64,000 bases of DNA from Kofleriaceae bacterium. GTDB taxonomy: Bacteria > Myxococcota_A > Polyangia > Haliangiales > Haliangiaceae. The translations under genes were made by a program, and so were the position numbers. Shown one piece after another: positions 20,486 to 29,827 of this stretch. Below the pieces are notes generated by a model that made no database searches, was not told where the DNA came from, and saw nothing but the letters and a program-made list of their open reading frames with translations. The stretch spans positions 110,522 to 174,521 of the forward strand of contig CBDCCZ010000044.1 in assembly GCA_965215005.1 (NCBI GenBank), written 5' to 3'. The first letter of the stretch is position 1; every line of letters begins with the position of its first letter.

Positions 20486-22765
20486 ATGGATGTAGCCTGC
20501 GAGAAGTGCAGCACCGTATACGAGCTCGACGAGAGCAAGCTGCGGCCCAGTGGCGTGACGGTGAAGTGCACCAACTGCGGCCACATGTTCAAGATTCGGA
20601 CGCGGGTGGCCAGCGAGGTCGAGTCGGCCGACAAGTCGCAGCGCAATCGTACGGTGCCGCCGCGCGCCGCCAGCGGCGGTGATGGCACGTGGATCGTGCG
20701 GGTATCCGACTCTGGTCCTGAGGCGGGGACGCTGCGCCGCACCAGCGAGCTGGCGACGTTGCAGCAATGGATCGTCAAGGGGTTGGTAACGCGCGAGTGC
20801 GAGATATCCCGCACCGGCAATACCTGGAAGAAGCTCGGGTCGATTCCTGAGCTAGCAACGTTTTTCGACGTCGCCGATGAAGCGCGACAAGCCCGCGAAG
20901 CGCGCCTGCGGGCGGGTAGCCAGATGGACTCGCAGCCCCAGGCGGCGGTGATCGTGCCGCCGATGCCCGAGTCGCTGCCATCGCTCGACAGCGGGTTGCA
21001 TCGGCGGAACACGGGCATTCTGCAGCCGCAAGGGGCGGATCCGGCGCGCGCTCCGACCCTGGCTGCGTCGCCGGTCGACTCGGGCGCTCCGACGATGCTC
21101 AGCGCGCCGCCGGGGGCAACGGTGCCGCCGGTTTCTACCGCGGCGCCGGCTCGCGCGCGCAATGCCACGCGAACCACGGGGCCCTTGCAGTCGCGCCAGC
21201 CGCGCGGCGGCGATGGATTTGGCGGCGCTGCACGATTGGGCAACACCATGGATGAGGGTCCTAGCGGGCCCACGGGCGGTTTCACCAACAAGGCCGCGAT
21301 GGGCGACGCCGCGTTCGTCAAGGGGCCGAGTGGGCCCAGTCCGAGTGGGATCTTTGCGCCTACCGATTTCGATCCGCACCCGCTCGAGGGGCGCGGCGGC
21401 ACTGGTAAGTGGATCGTCTTGGGCTCGCTGCTGCTGATGGCCGCGGCTGCGGCGGTCGTCTACCTGTTCGTATTTCGGCCAGAGCCCGCGACCACCGCCG
21501 TCGTTGCCGTTCAAGATGCGGGCTCGGTGCTCGCAGAGGCCGGCGACGCCGCAATAGCGGTTGATCCCGTGTCTCCTGAGGCACGCCAGGAAGCGCTCGC
21601 GGCGGTGCGTGCCGCGATCATTGCCGGCAGCGTCACCGAGCTCGGCGCTGCCGTGCAGCAGCTCGATTCTCTCGCTGGTGATGACGATGTCGAGGTGTTG
21701 GTGGCGCGGTCGCAAGGACAGGCGGCGCTGGCGCAGGCGGCGACCGTGCCGGGGCACGACCGCATCTCGCCTGAGGCCAAAGAGCATGCCGATATGGCGC
21801 TCGCTCTGGCCAAGCAGGCACTCGAGCTAGCGCGCAATGATGCCGCTGCCAACGTTGCGGCGGCCAATGCGTTGCGGTTGCTAGGCACCTCGGCGCGGGA
21901 GGTCGAGCGATATCTGCGCAAGGCCCCGGGCGAGGGGGACGCAGCGCTGGTGCAGGCGCTCATCGACGCGCGGGAGAACAAGCTTGCCGCCGCGCAAGGT
22001 GCGCTCGAGAAGCTCGCTGCGGGCGCTGGAGACCTCGAGGCAGGCGGTGATCCGCGTCCGCGGTATCACCTGGCGGTGCTCGCGCTAGCCGCTGACGACT
22101 TGCCGGCAGCGCGCAACGCGGCCGACGAAATTTTGGCTGTCTATCCCGAGCATGCGAGCGCGCGGCAGCTTCGCGGCCTGGTGGTCGCCGCCGAGTCGGC
22201 GGTCGATACCGGAGATCCCATGCCGCCAGAAGACAAGTCTGGGGTCAAGCCAACTCGCAGTCCCACGCGGGCGAGCGGAGACAGCTACGATTCGCTATTG
22301 GCAAAGGCCACGAAGCTTGCCGGTGCCGGCAATTGTCGCGAGGCAATGGGCGCCTTCCAGCAAGCTCTAGACAAGAATCCAGCCGGCGTCGAAGCGCTAA
22401 CGGGCATGGGCTATTGTCATATTGATCAACGGCAGTTCGCCAGTGCGCATGCGAAGTTCAAAGCGGCGCTGGGCATCTCATCTCGGCAGTCGGACGCACT
22501 TAGGGGAATCGCAGAGGCGTATCGGCAGCAGGGACTAACGCCGCAAGCGATCGCCGCGTATCAGCGGTATCTGGATGAGAATCCCAGCGGTCCCAAGGCG
22601 CCGGCAGCGCGGCGCCAGCTCGAAACGCTTGGCGGCTCGAGCTCTGAGCCTGCGGAATCTGGCGGCGGCGAGCCCGATCCGGTTGCGCCCGCTGCAGGAG
22701 ACCCGGCGCCCATCGGCGGCGGCGGCGAGGTCGTTCCTGATGAAGCGCCCGGCTCCGATGGCTAA
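20486..22765 (+). CDS. Zinc-ribbon (MJ0042-type)/GYF-like, single-TM, TPR protein (GltJ/AgmX-like architecture)
   Basis: CEKC..YELDESKL..VKCTNCGHMF; LQQWI..ISRTGNTWKKLGSIPEL; Pro-rich linker, TM, C-terminal TPRs. Confidence 0.8.
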   Translation: MDVACEKCSTVYELDESKLRPSGVTVKCTNCGHMFKIRTRVASEVESADKSQRNRTVPPRAASGGDGTWIVRVSDSGPEAGTLRRTSELATLQQWIVKGLVTRECEISRTGNTWKKLGSIPELATFFDVADEARQAREARLRAGSQMDSQPQAAVIVPPMPESLPSLDSGLHRRNTGILQPQGADPARAPTLAASPVDSGAPTMLSAPPGATVPPVSTAAPARARNATRTTGPLQSRQPRGGDGFGGAARLGNTMDEGPSGPTGGFTNKAAMGDAAFVKGPSGPSPSGIFAPTDFDPHPLEGRGGTGKWIVLGSLLLMAAAAAVVYLFVFRPEPATTAVVAVQDAGSVLAEAGDAAIAVDPVSPEARQEALAAVRAAIIAGSVTELGAAVQQLDSLAGDDDVEVLVARSQGQAALAQAATVPGHDRISPEAKEHADMALALAKQALELARNDAAANVAAANALRLLGTSAREVERYLRKAPGEGDAALVQALIDARENKLAAAQGALEKLAAGAGDLEAGGDPRPRYHLAVLALAADDLPAARNAADEILAVYPEHASARQLRGLVVAAESAVDTGDPMPPEDKSGVKPTRSPTRASGDSYDSLLAKATKLAGAGNCREAMGAFQQALDKNPAGVEALTGMGYCHIDQRQFASAHAKFKAALGISSRQSDALRGIAEAYRQQGLTPQAIAAYQRYLDENPSGPKAPAARRQLETLGGSSSEPAESGGGEPDPVAPAAGDPAPIGGGGEVVPDEAPGSDG

Positions 22766-22855
22766 TACGGTTGCCGGGATGCTTAGCGATTTGGCCGGGC
22801 CGGCAAATGAGATAGCCACTTGAGCCAATTTGCACGGTCCTCTACTGTGCAGCGC

Positions 22856-25462
22856 ATGCAGCCTCCGCAACGCCACTCGACGTGGCTGATACGTCTAGTG
22901 GTTTACGGCGCAAGCCGTAAACTGCAAGCAAAGCAACAATCGCTTGGGGAGACGCCGAAGGGGGCACGTGAGCAGCAGAAATCTGCCGCCCTTGCCCCGC
23001 CTCGGGGCGGCGGATTTCTGCGTCACGAATCCCGCGGCGGCGTACTAGTCTCTGTCATTGGTCTTGCGGCTAGCATGGCCGCTTGTAGCGCGGGGTCGCC
23101 CGGCGATGGCAGTGACCTCGACAGCGAGCGCGCCGACGCTGAAGGGCCGGAGTATTCCATTCTCCGCCCGGGCAACCGCTACGCCACCGACCTTGGCGAT
23201 CGCTACCTCGATGAGGTCCAGCCGGCGCTGGCGGAGCGCTGCGCCGTTTGCCACGCCTGCACCAACGGTCCGTGCCAGCTCAACATGACCTCGTTTGCCG
23301 CACTCGAACGCGGCGTGAGCTCGAAGAATCCCTACAAGTTTGGCTTGTTCGACTCGTTCCCCACTCGCGTGAGCGACAACCGCACCCTGCAAGCGTGGCG
23401 CGACCTCGGATTCCGGTCGGTGTTGCCGCAGGGCGGGGATCCAAAGAAGTCGATTTTCTATCGCGCGCTCGAGCTCGGTGAGCGCAACGTTGCATCGACC
23501 GATCCCAACGCCGGACCGATTCGCACCTCGGTAGCTCGCGCGTTGGCGCAGGCTCACAACGAGGGCAAGTACAGCTGCCCGGTCAATGATGTGTCGTGGT
23601 GGTGGTTCAGCCTGCGCAATCCGCAAGGTGGAATGCCGTGGGGACTGCCGTCTGACGAAGACAACCACGAAGTGCTCGAGCGCTGGGTACTCGATGGCGC
23701 GCCGGGGCCCTCTGCGGAAGCTCTTGCGAGCATTCAACAGCCGCAAGTCACGCCGATGACTCAGGTCGAGCCGGTAACGATCATCGAATCGTGGGAGACG
23801 TTCCTCGGTGGCGACGATCTGCGCAGCCAGCTCGTAGCGCGTTACATATATGAGCACGCGTACTCGGCGAACATTCACTTCGATGAGAACCCTGGCGAGT
23901 TCTATCGCATCGTCCGCTCGCGCACCGCGGCGCCCGCGCCCATCGAGCTGATCTATAGCGACATGCCGCAGGATGATCCCGGACCCGGACGTGTGTACTA
24001 CCGTCTCGAGAAGATCGACCGCGTCATCGAGGGCAAGGTGCACGTCCCTTGGGAGCTCGGTCTCGACGATCTCGAGCACCTGCGCGAGCTCTTCCTCAGC
24101 GGCGATTGGAACGTGGGCTCACTGCCGGGTTACGCGAGCCGCAACCCCTTCGAGTATTTCGCGGCGATTCCCGCGCAGGCGCGGTCGCGGTTCATGCTCG
24201 AGAACTCGCGCATGCTGTATGCGCAGTTTGCCCGCGGGCCGATTTGCCTGATTCAGGAGGCCAGCTTTGCCGTCGATGAGCACTTCTGGATCCTGTTCCT
24301 CGATCCAGACTCGGATCCCACGGTTCTCGAGCCCAAGCTAGGACTCGATACTTGGGACGTCTTCTTCGACAAAGACGGCTCGCTCACCGCTAGCTTGCCG
24401 CTCATCGGCGACAAGTATGGTGAGCTGCTCTATCGTCAGGCCTTCGAGGACACGCTGCGGCGCCACAAGCCGGAAGGCCTTGGTGTGCAGGATGTGTGGA
24501 CCGGTGACGGCAAGTATCCCGACGCTTGGCTCACGGTGCACCGCAATCAGTACAGCGTCGATGTTCACAACACTCTCGACCGGCCCATCACCGGCACGCC
24601 CCGCAGCGTGTGGCTGATCAGCTACGCCAACTTCGAGCGGATGTTCTACAACGCTGTTACGCAGTACAAGTTTTGGGGGAGCGCCTTCCATCAAAACACC
24701 TCGTTTAGCTGGCAGATCTGGACGCGCACCGAAGCCGAAGACCTGTGGGCTTCGCTGCTTCCCGACCAGAGCTACCGCCAGATGCTTCGCGACCGCTTCA
24801 CCAGCTATGCGGGCAAGGTGTACTACAAGCTGTTTGATGACTACGCGCAGGGCCGGCCGTCGGCGAGCCCGGAGCTCACCACCGACGATGCGGTGGCGCG
24901 CGAGCTGTATCGCCGCATGGAATCGGTGCTAGGGCCCGCCGATCGACTCAACCATTGGCCAAGCAACCAGCTGCCTTCGTACATCGACGACTCCATCGAT
25001 GATGTTGAGGAGTTCGAGGCGGGTCTTCGCACTCTCACCAATCGCGAGGCGCCGTTTGCCCGCTACGTGCCCAACGTGGTTCATCTTCGCCTCGGGGGCC
25101 AGCATCTGTACTCGCTGGTCGTCGTGCGCGGATTCAAAGACAGCAAGATCATCAGCACCGAGAAAGCCGATCGCGCCCCTGAGCATGACTCGTTGCGCGC
25201 CGTTCCAGGAATGGTCGCCTATGAAGCGCACATGTTCGTCGATCTAGCCTTCGACGACGCCTCGGCGTTTCTCAATGAGTTGCAAGCGGTGGATGATTTG
25301 CCGGCTTGGAATGGCTTCTCCGATCGCTACAAGATCGGCCGCAACAGTCCGACGTTCTGGCCGTTTGTCGATTGGCTCCACGATTGGATGGAAGCCAACA
25401 CGCCAGTTCGAGCCGCACTCCTCGAGCTGCGCGTCTACGACAAGGACGAGCAAGCGTTCTAG
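22856..25462 (+). CDS. Fatty-acid cis/trans isomerase (Cti)-family c-type heme lipoprotein
   Basis: EVQPALAERCAVCHAC (CxxCH), PCQLNMTSF, LVARYIYEH, NPFEYFAAIP..RFML, RGPIC; lipobox MAAC; start uncertain because of an in-frame element insertion. Confidence 0.8.
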   Translation: MQPPQRHSTWLIRLVVYGASRKLQAKQQSLGETPKGAREQQKSAALAPPRGGGFLRHESRGGVLVSVIGLAASMAACSAGSPGDGSDLDSERADAEGPEYSILRPGNRYATDLGDRYLDEVQPALAERCAVCHACTNGPCQLNMTSFAALERGVSSKNPYKFGLFDSFPTRVSDNRTLQAWRDLGFRSVLPQGGDPKKSIFYRALELGERNVASTDPNAGPIRTSVARALAQAHNEGKYSCPVNDVSWWWFSLRNPQGGMPWGLPSDEDNHEVLERWVLDGAPGPSAEALASIQQPQVTPMTQVEPVTIIESWETFLGGDDLRSQLVARYIYEHAYSANIHFDENPGEFYRIVRSRTAAPAPIELIYSDMPQDDPGPGRVYYRLEKIDRVIEGKVHVPWELGLDDLEHLRELFLSGDWNVGSLPGYASRNPFEYFAAIPAQARSRFMLENSRMLYAQFARGPICLIQEASFAVDEHFWILFLDPDSDPTVLEPKLGLDTWDVFFDKDGSLTASLPLIGDKYGELLYRQAFEDTLRRHKPEGLGVQDVWTGDGKYPDAWLTVHRNQYSVDVHNTLDRPITGTPRSVWLISYANFERMFYNAVTQYKFWGSAFHQNTSFSWQIWTRTEAEDLWASLLPDQSYRQMLRDRFTSYAGKVYYKLFDDYAQGRPSASPELTTDDAVARELYRRMESVLGPADRLNHWPSNQLPSYIDDSIDDVEEFEAGLRTLTNREAPFARYVPNVVHLRLGGQHLYSLVVVRGFKDSKIISTEKADRAPEHDSLRAVPGMVAYEAHMFVDLAFDDASAFLNELQAVDDLPAWNGFSDRYKIGRNSPTFWPFVDWLHDWMEANTPVRAALLELRVYDKDEQAF
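22895..23048 (+). mobile_element. 146-bp structured MITE-like element, copy 2 (22899-23044), flanked by a CTAG direct repeat, inside the 5' end of the cti-like gene
   Basis: Same length and hairpins as copy 1; CTAG at 22895-22898 and 23045-23048. Confidence 0.8.
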
Positions 25463-25484
25463 GCTCCCCAGCGCTCGTCGCTTT

Positions 25485-25563
25485 GCGAATGGTTCCCGAT
25501 TCACGTGGTGAACCATTCGCGCTCGCTTGCATGCCCGCTTCTCATTGGCAGGAGCGGGCATGC
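25485..25563. repeat. Two adjacent intergenic inverted repeats
   Basis: GCGAATGGTTC/GAACCATTCGC (25485-25520) and GCATGCCCGCTTCT/AGGAGCGGGCATGC (25529-25563). Confidence 0.7.
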
Positions 25564-25669
25564 CGGGGTGCCACTCCCCCCGCTTTGCGACCCCACCTCC
25601 GAGTTGTCGACGAATCGCGTGATCTCGTGCCGTGAGCGAAGCGGTTCTGCACTGTTATATACTCGTTAG

Positions 25670-26362
25670 GTGCTGTACCTCTTTGACATCGATGGAACCA
25701 TCTTGCTTTCCGGTGGAGCAGGGTCTCGCGCACTCAATCGAGTCTTCCAGAGTCGCTACGGCATCAGCGGCGCCATGGACGCCATTGACGCCAGTGGCAA
25801 AACCGACCCGGCGATCCTGCGGGAAATCTTTCTCTCCAGAATCGGCCGCGAGCCCGAGGTCCGCGAGCTCGACGAGGTCCTCGCCGCTTACGTGCCGCTG
25901 TTGATCGAAGAGCTCGTAGACAGCCCCGGCTTCCGCACCATGCCCGCAATCTTGGAAGCGGTGGCGTTTCTCGAGGCCTGCCCGGGCGTGCATCTGGGGC
26001 TGGCAACCGGCAACTGCAAAGCGGGCGCGAAGGCCAAGCTCGACCGCATCTCCGTTTGGGAGCGGTTTCCCACCGGCGGGTTTGGCTGCGACTCGGGGGA
26101 TCGCGCGGTGCTGGTGCAGCGGGCAATCGAGCGCGGCCGCCATCACGCGGGCGTGGAGGTTCCCTCGGAGGACATCATCGTCGTAGGCGATACCATTCGC
26201 GATATTGCGGCTGCGCGCGCCTCGGGCGTGAAGGTCATCGCGGTGGCAACGGGCAAGAGCAAGCGCGAAGAGTTGGCCGCGGCGGATCCCGATGCCGTAT
26301 TCGAGACCCTCGCAGAGCTGCCCCAGTGGCACGAACGCTATTGCGCCCGGCGCCGCTCGTGA
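25670..26362 (+). CDS. HAD-superfamily hydrolase
   Basis: LFDIDGT motif I, ATGN motif II, VVGDTIRD motif IV. Confidence 0.92.
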   Translation: MLYLFDIDGTILLSGGAGSRALNRVFQSRYGISGAMDAIDASGKTDPAILREIFLSRIGREPEVRELDEVLAAYVPLLIEELVDSPGFRTMPAILEAVAFLEACPGVHLGLATGNCKAGAKAKLDRISVWERFPTGGFGCDSGDRAVLVQRAIERGRHHAGVEVPSEDIIVVGDTIRDIAAARASGVKVIAVATGKSKREELAAADPDAVFETLAELPQWHERYCARRRS

Positions 26363-26381
26363 GTGAGCACGTCGTAGCGTT

Positions 26382-27434
26382 TCAGGCGCGACTGCGGGTC
26401 TGGCAGCGAAAGTCGATGGCGGTGAGGATGCGCTCGGGGCCGCGTCCATCGACGAGTGCGGCAAGCCGCTCGGCCAGCGTGGCGCGGCGCGCATGATTCT
26501 CGAAAAAGCTCGTGAGTGCTGCAGTGAGCGCTGCATCGTCCATGGCGCTGAGCCAACCGCCGCAGTCGACGTGACCAGATGCGGCCAGTCTCGCCGCGGT
26601 GGCAGCTTGATTTTCGGCCACCGCAAACGCCATGGCTGGAAGTCCCATGTACGCCAGCTCCCAGAGAGTGGCACCGGCGGCGGTGACCGCGGCATCGGCC
26701 GTGGCCATCATCCACGGCATGTCACGCACGTCGCGGGCGAGCTCGATGATGTGGCCGCGGCTCGCCGCCTGCGCCGCCGCCGCCGCAAGCTCGCCGTCGT
26801 CGCAGTAGTCGGCTCCGACGATGACTCGCGCGACGATAGCGCGGAGCGAAGGCAGCTGCGCCAGAACCCGCGCGGTGGCGCGCGTGGGATCGCTGGCGCC
26901 AAAGCTCACCAGCAGGCGCAACGGCGCCGCGACTTCGTGGTGCTCGCGCGGCGCGGCCGGATGGGCGGTGAACTCGCTGCGGAGCAGCGCGTAGTCGGGA
27001 CCTGTGAGGAGCCGAGCGCCGGATTTGGTCCGGTAGCAGAGGCGCTCGGCTCCGTAGCCTGGATTGACGATGATGTCGGCGGCGATCGCCCGATCAGCGA
27101 GATCATCGATCACGATCATGCAGCGGTCGCGGCCGAGCCGCGCTAGGTAATGCGCATCGAAGTGATAGCCATCGATGACGACCGCGTCGGCGCCAAACCG
27201 CGCGGCCAGCTCGTCGACCTCGTCGGCCTCAGCCGCCGTGCCAGCTGCGGAGTTCGTTTGAAATGGCTCTAAGCCACGCCGCGCGAGTAGCTCGATGCCG
27301 CTCGAGGACTTGCTGAGCACGAAGACTGCGGCTCCACCGCGTTCTCGGTGCGCCTGTGCCAGCGCCATTAATCGCATTAGGTGGCCCGAGCCCATGACGG
27401 CAGAGGCGTCGGCGCGAAACAGGATCGTTCTCAT
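26382..27434 (-). CDS. pseG: PseG-family UDP-diacetamido-trideoxy-altropyranose hydrolase
   Basis: FRADAS..MGSGHLMR, IDGY, IDDL, GPDYALLRSEF, SFGASDP, AAGATLWE, VAENQ; follows pseB. Confidence 0.85.
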   Translation of the reverse strand: MRTILFRADASAVMGSGHLMRLMALAQAHRERGGAAVFVLSKSSSGIELLARRGLEPFQTNSAAGTAAEADEVDELAARFGADAVVIDGYHFDAHYLARLGRDRCMIVIDDLADRAIAADIIVNPGYGAERLCYRTKSGARLLTGPDYALLRSEFTAHPAAPREHHEVAAPLRLLVSFGASDPTRATARVLAQLPSLRAIVARVIVGADYCDDGELAAAAAQAASRGHIIELARDVRDMPWMMATADAAVTAAGATLWELAYMGLPAMAFAVAENQAATAARLAASGHVDCGGWLSAMDDAALTAALTSFFENHARRATLAERLAALVDGRGPERILTAIDFRCQTRSRA

Positions 27435-27454
27435 GGTGGTGCTCCGCGACTAGC

Positions 27455-28462
27455 TCAGGCCACGCGTGCAACGAGCGCTCGCGCATCGTCAATCGAGAGA
27501 CGCAGCTCTGGGCGGTCGCTAGTGTAGATGAAGCCATCGGGAAGCGGCTCACCCGGCAGCGGCGCATCGCCAATGTCGTGGAACTTGAACTCGGGCAACA
27601 CCACCAGCACGTCGCCGAGGTCGCGAGCGCGGCGTGCTTCTTCGCTGCCGATGAGGGTCTCGTGAAGCTTCTCGCCGGGACGAATGCCGATGCACTCGCG
27701 CGGAATTCCCGGCGCCACCGCTTCGGCGAGAGTCGCGAGATCGGTGGTGGGAAGCTTGGGAACGAAGATTTCGCCTCCGCGCATCAATTGCAAGCCGCGC
27801 AGCACCAACTCGATCGCGCCGCTCATGTCGATCCAGAATCGCGTCATGCGCTCGTCGGTGACGGTGATGCGGCCGCCGCGGCTCTGCTCACGAAACAGGG
27901 GTATCACGCTGCCGGCGGAGCCCATGACGTTGCCGTAGCGGACCAGAGCAAAGCGCGTTTGCAGCTCACCAACGTAGGCGTTGGCGGCGATGAGGAGCTT
28001 CTCCATCGCCAATTTGGTGGCGCCGTAGAGGTTGGCAGGAGCGACGGCTTTGTCAGTAGAAAGCGCGATGACCTTCTCGACGCCGAGCTCGATAGCGACC
28101 TCGATGATGTTCTTGGCGCCATCGATGTTGGTGCGCACCGCTTCGAGCGGATTGTATTCGCAGATCGGCACGTGCTTCATCGCCGCCGCGTGGACGACGA
28201 TGTCGATGCCGCGAAACGCCGACCGCAAGCGATTGGTGTCGCGAATGTCGCCAACAAAGAATCGCAAGCGGCCATCGCGCATCTCGCGTTCCATCTTGTA
28301 ATGCTTTTGCTCATCGCGTGACAGCACCACCACGCGCTTGGGATTGGCCTGCGCGAGAATGGTGGAGATGAACGCGCGACCGAAGGAGCCGGTGCCACCG
28401 GTCACCAGGATCGACTTGCCATCGAGCTGGCTGAAGCGATGTTTGCGTGCGATGTCGTTCAT
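27455..28462 (-). CDS. pseB: UDP-N-acetylglucosamine 4,6-dehydratase (inverting)
   Basis: TGGTGSFG, SRDEQK, HAAAMKHVP..EYNP, LSTDKA, NLYGATK, RYGNVMGS, TDERMTRFW, GIRPGEKLHE. Confidence 0.93.
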   Translation of the reverse strand: MNDIARKHRFSQLDGKSILVTGGTGSFGRAFISTILAQANPKRVVVLSRDEQKHYKMEREMRDGRLRFFVGDIRDTNRLRSAFRGIDIVVHAAAMKHVPICEYNPLEAVRTNIDGAKNIIEVAIELGVEKVIALSTDKAVAPANLYGATKLAMEKLLIAANAYVGELQTRFALVRYGNVMGSAGSVIPLFREQSRGGRITVTDERMTRFWIDMSGAIELVLRGLQLMRGGEIFVPKLPTTDLATLAEAVAPGIPRECIGIRPGEKLHETLIGSEEARRARDLGDVLVVLPEFKFHDIGDAPLPGEPLPDGFIYTSDRPELRLSIDDARALVARVA

Positions 28463-29667
28463 GGCGAAATCTCCTGTGCGCGGCCAGTTGAGCAGCGCGC
28501 TGCTTGCGACAGAGCCTGGCAAACGCGTTCCACGTCGCCTCGGGTCATGGTGGGAATCATCGGCAGGCTCAGTGCCCGCCTGTAATACGAATCGACGCCA
28601 GGGCGCGGGCGAGCTGCATCCAGCGCGCTAGCGGGGCGCTCGCGAAAAATCAGCTGCTGGGTGAGCGGCACGTAGTGAACCTGTGTGCCGATACCCTGGG
28701 CGTGAAGCGCTTGCATCACCGTCGCGCGGTCAGTCCCGGCGGCGGCGAAGTCGATGAGGGCGATGAACAGGTGATACGCCGAGCTCCGATCGGGCCGCTC
28801 GCGCTGCCAAGAAATCAGCCCTGGATCGCACGTGTTGGCGAGCAGCTCGCGATAGTCGCGCGCGATTTGCCGGCGGCGCTCGAGCCATGCGGGCAGCTTC
28901 GCCAGTTGGCTGATTCCCAACGCGCACTGCAGATCCGAGAGTCGATGGTTACCCGCGAGCTCGGCTATCTCGTAGAACCACGGGCCTGGCGGCTTGATGC
29001 GCATCGCCGCGGGATCACGCTCGATACCGTGGTGACGCAAGCGAGCCAGCCGAGTTGCCAGCGCAGTGTCACGCGTCGTGACCGCGCCGCCTTCGCCGGT
29101 CGTGATGTGCTTGACTGGGTGAAAGCTGAAGGTGCTGGCGTCGGCAAGGCTCGAGTCGCCACCGACCAGCGAGCCCTCGAGCTCAGCACCGAGCGCGTGC
29201 GCGGCATCTTCCACGAGCCACAGGCCGTGTTGATCGGCGATGGTGCGCAGCGCCGCCATGTCCACCGGCTGTCCTCCTAAGTGCACCGCGACGATTCCGC
29301 GGGTGCGGGGGCCGATGCAGGCGGCCACGCTACTCGGGTCGAGGTTGCCGCTGTCTGGCTCGACCTCGGCAAAACGCGCTTCGGCGCCGAGCCGCAGTGC
29401 GGCGGTGGCGGTGGCGGCAAAGGTGATCGGCGTGGTGACGATCTCATCGCCAGGGCCGAGCTCGAGGGCGCGGTAGGCGAGCTCGAGCGCATCGGTTCCA
29501 GTCGCACATGAGACGACGTGGGACGAGCCGAGAAACTGGCCCAGCGCGGCTTCGAAACGCTCTACGAGCGGCCCTTGCGTGATGAGCGGTGCGCGCAGTG
29601 CTTCGACGACCGCCGCGATGTCGTCTTCATCGATGTGTTGGCGGCCGTAAGGGAGAAACGCGCTCAT
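28459..29667 (-). CDS. pseC: PseC-type DegT aminotransferase
   Basis: LPYGRQHIDEDDI, TQGP, EDAAHALG, SFHPVKHITTGEGG, IGTQVHY; coupled to pseB. Confidence 0.88.
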   Translation of the reverse strand: MSAFLPYGRQHIDEDDIAAVVEALRAPLITQGPLVERFEAALGQFLGSSHVVSCATGTDALELAYRALELGPGDEIVTTPITFAATATAALRLGAEARFAEVEPDSGNLDPSSVAACIGPRTRGIVAVHLGGQPVDMAALRTIADQHGLWLVEDAAHALGAELEGSLVGGDSSLADASTFSFHPVKHITTGEGGAVTTRDTALATRLARLRHHGIERDPAAMRIKPPGPWFYEIAELAGNHRLSDLQCALGISQLAKLPAWLERRRQIARDYRELLANTCDPGLISWQRERPDRSSAYHLFIALIDFAAAGTDRATVMQALHAQGIGTQVHYVPLTQQLIFRERPASALDAARPRPGVDSYYRRALSLPMIPTMTRGDVERVCQALSQAARCSTGRAQEISP

Positions 29668-29827
29668 GGCTTCGCGCTGCCCTATTGCCAGAAGCGGACC
29701 AGCGCCAACCTAGCTCTAAGCGCTTGAATTGCCTCGAGTCGACCCTTTGTTCACCCGCTGTTGACGTCATTTCTGACGGCGGGGCCGGCAGCTGGAGGAC
29801 GCTGCAGGCTCAGCGCGGTACGGCTTG

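Noticed and set aside
20320..21402. N-terminal extension of the 490-aa PilZ ORF
   Set aside because: Antisense shadow of the zinc-ribbon/TPR gene
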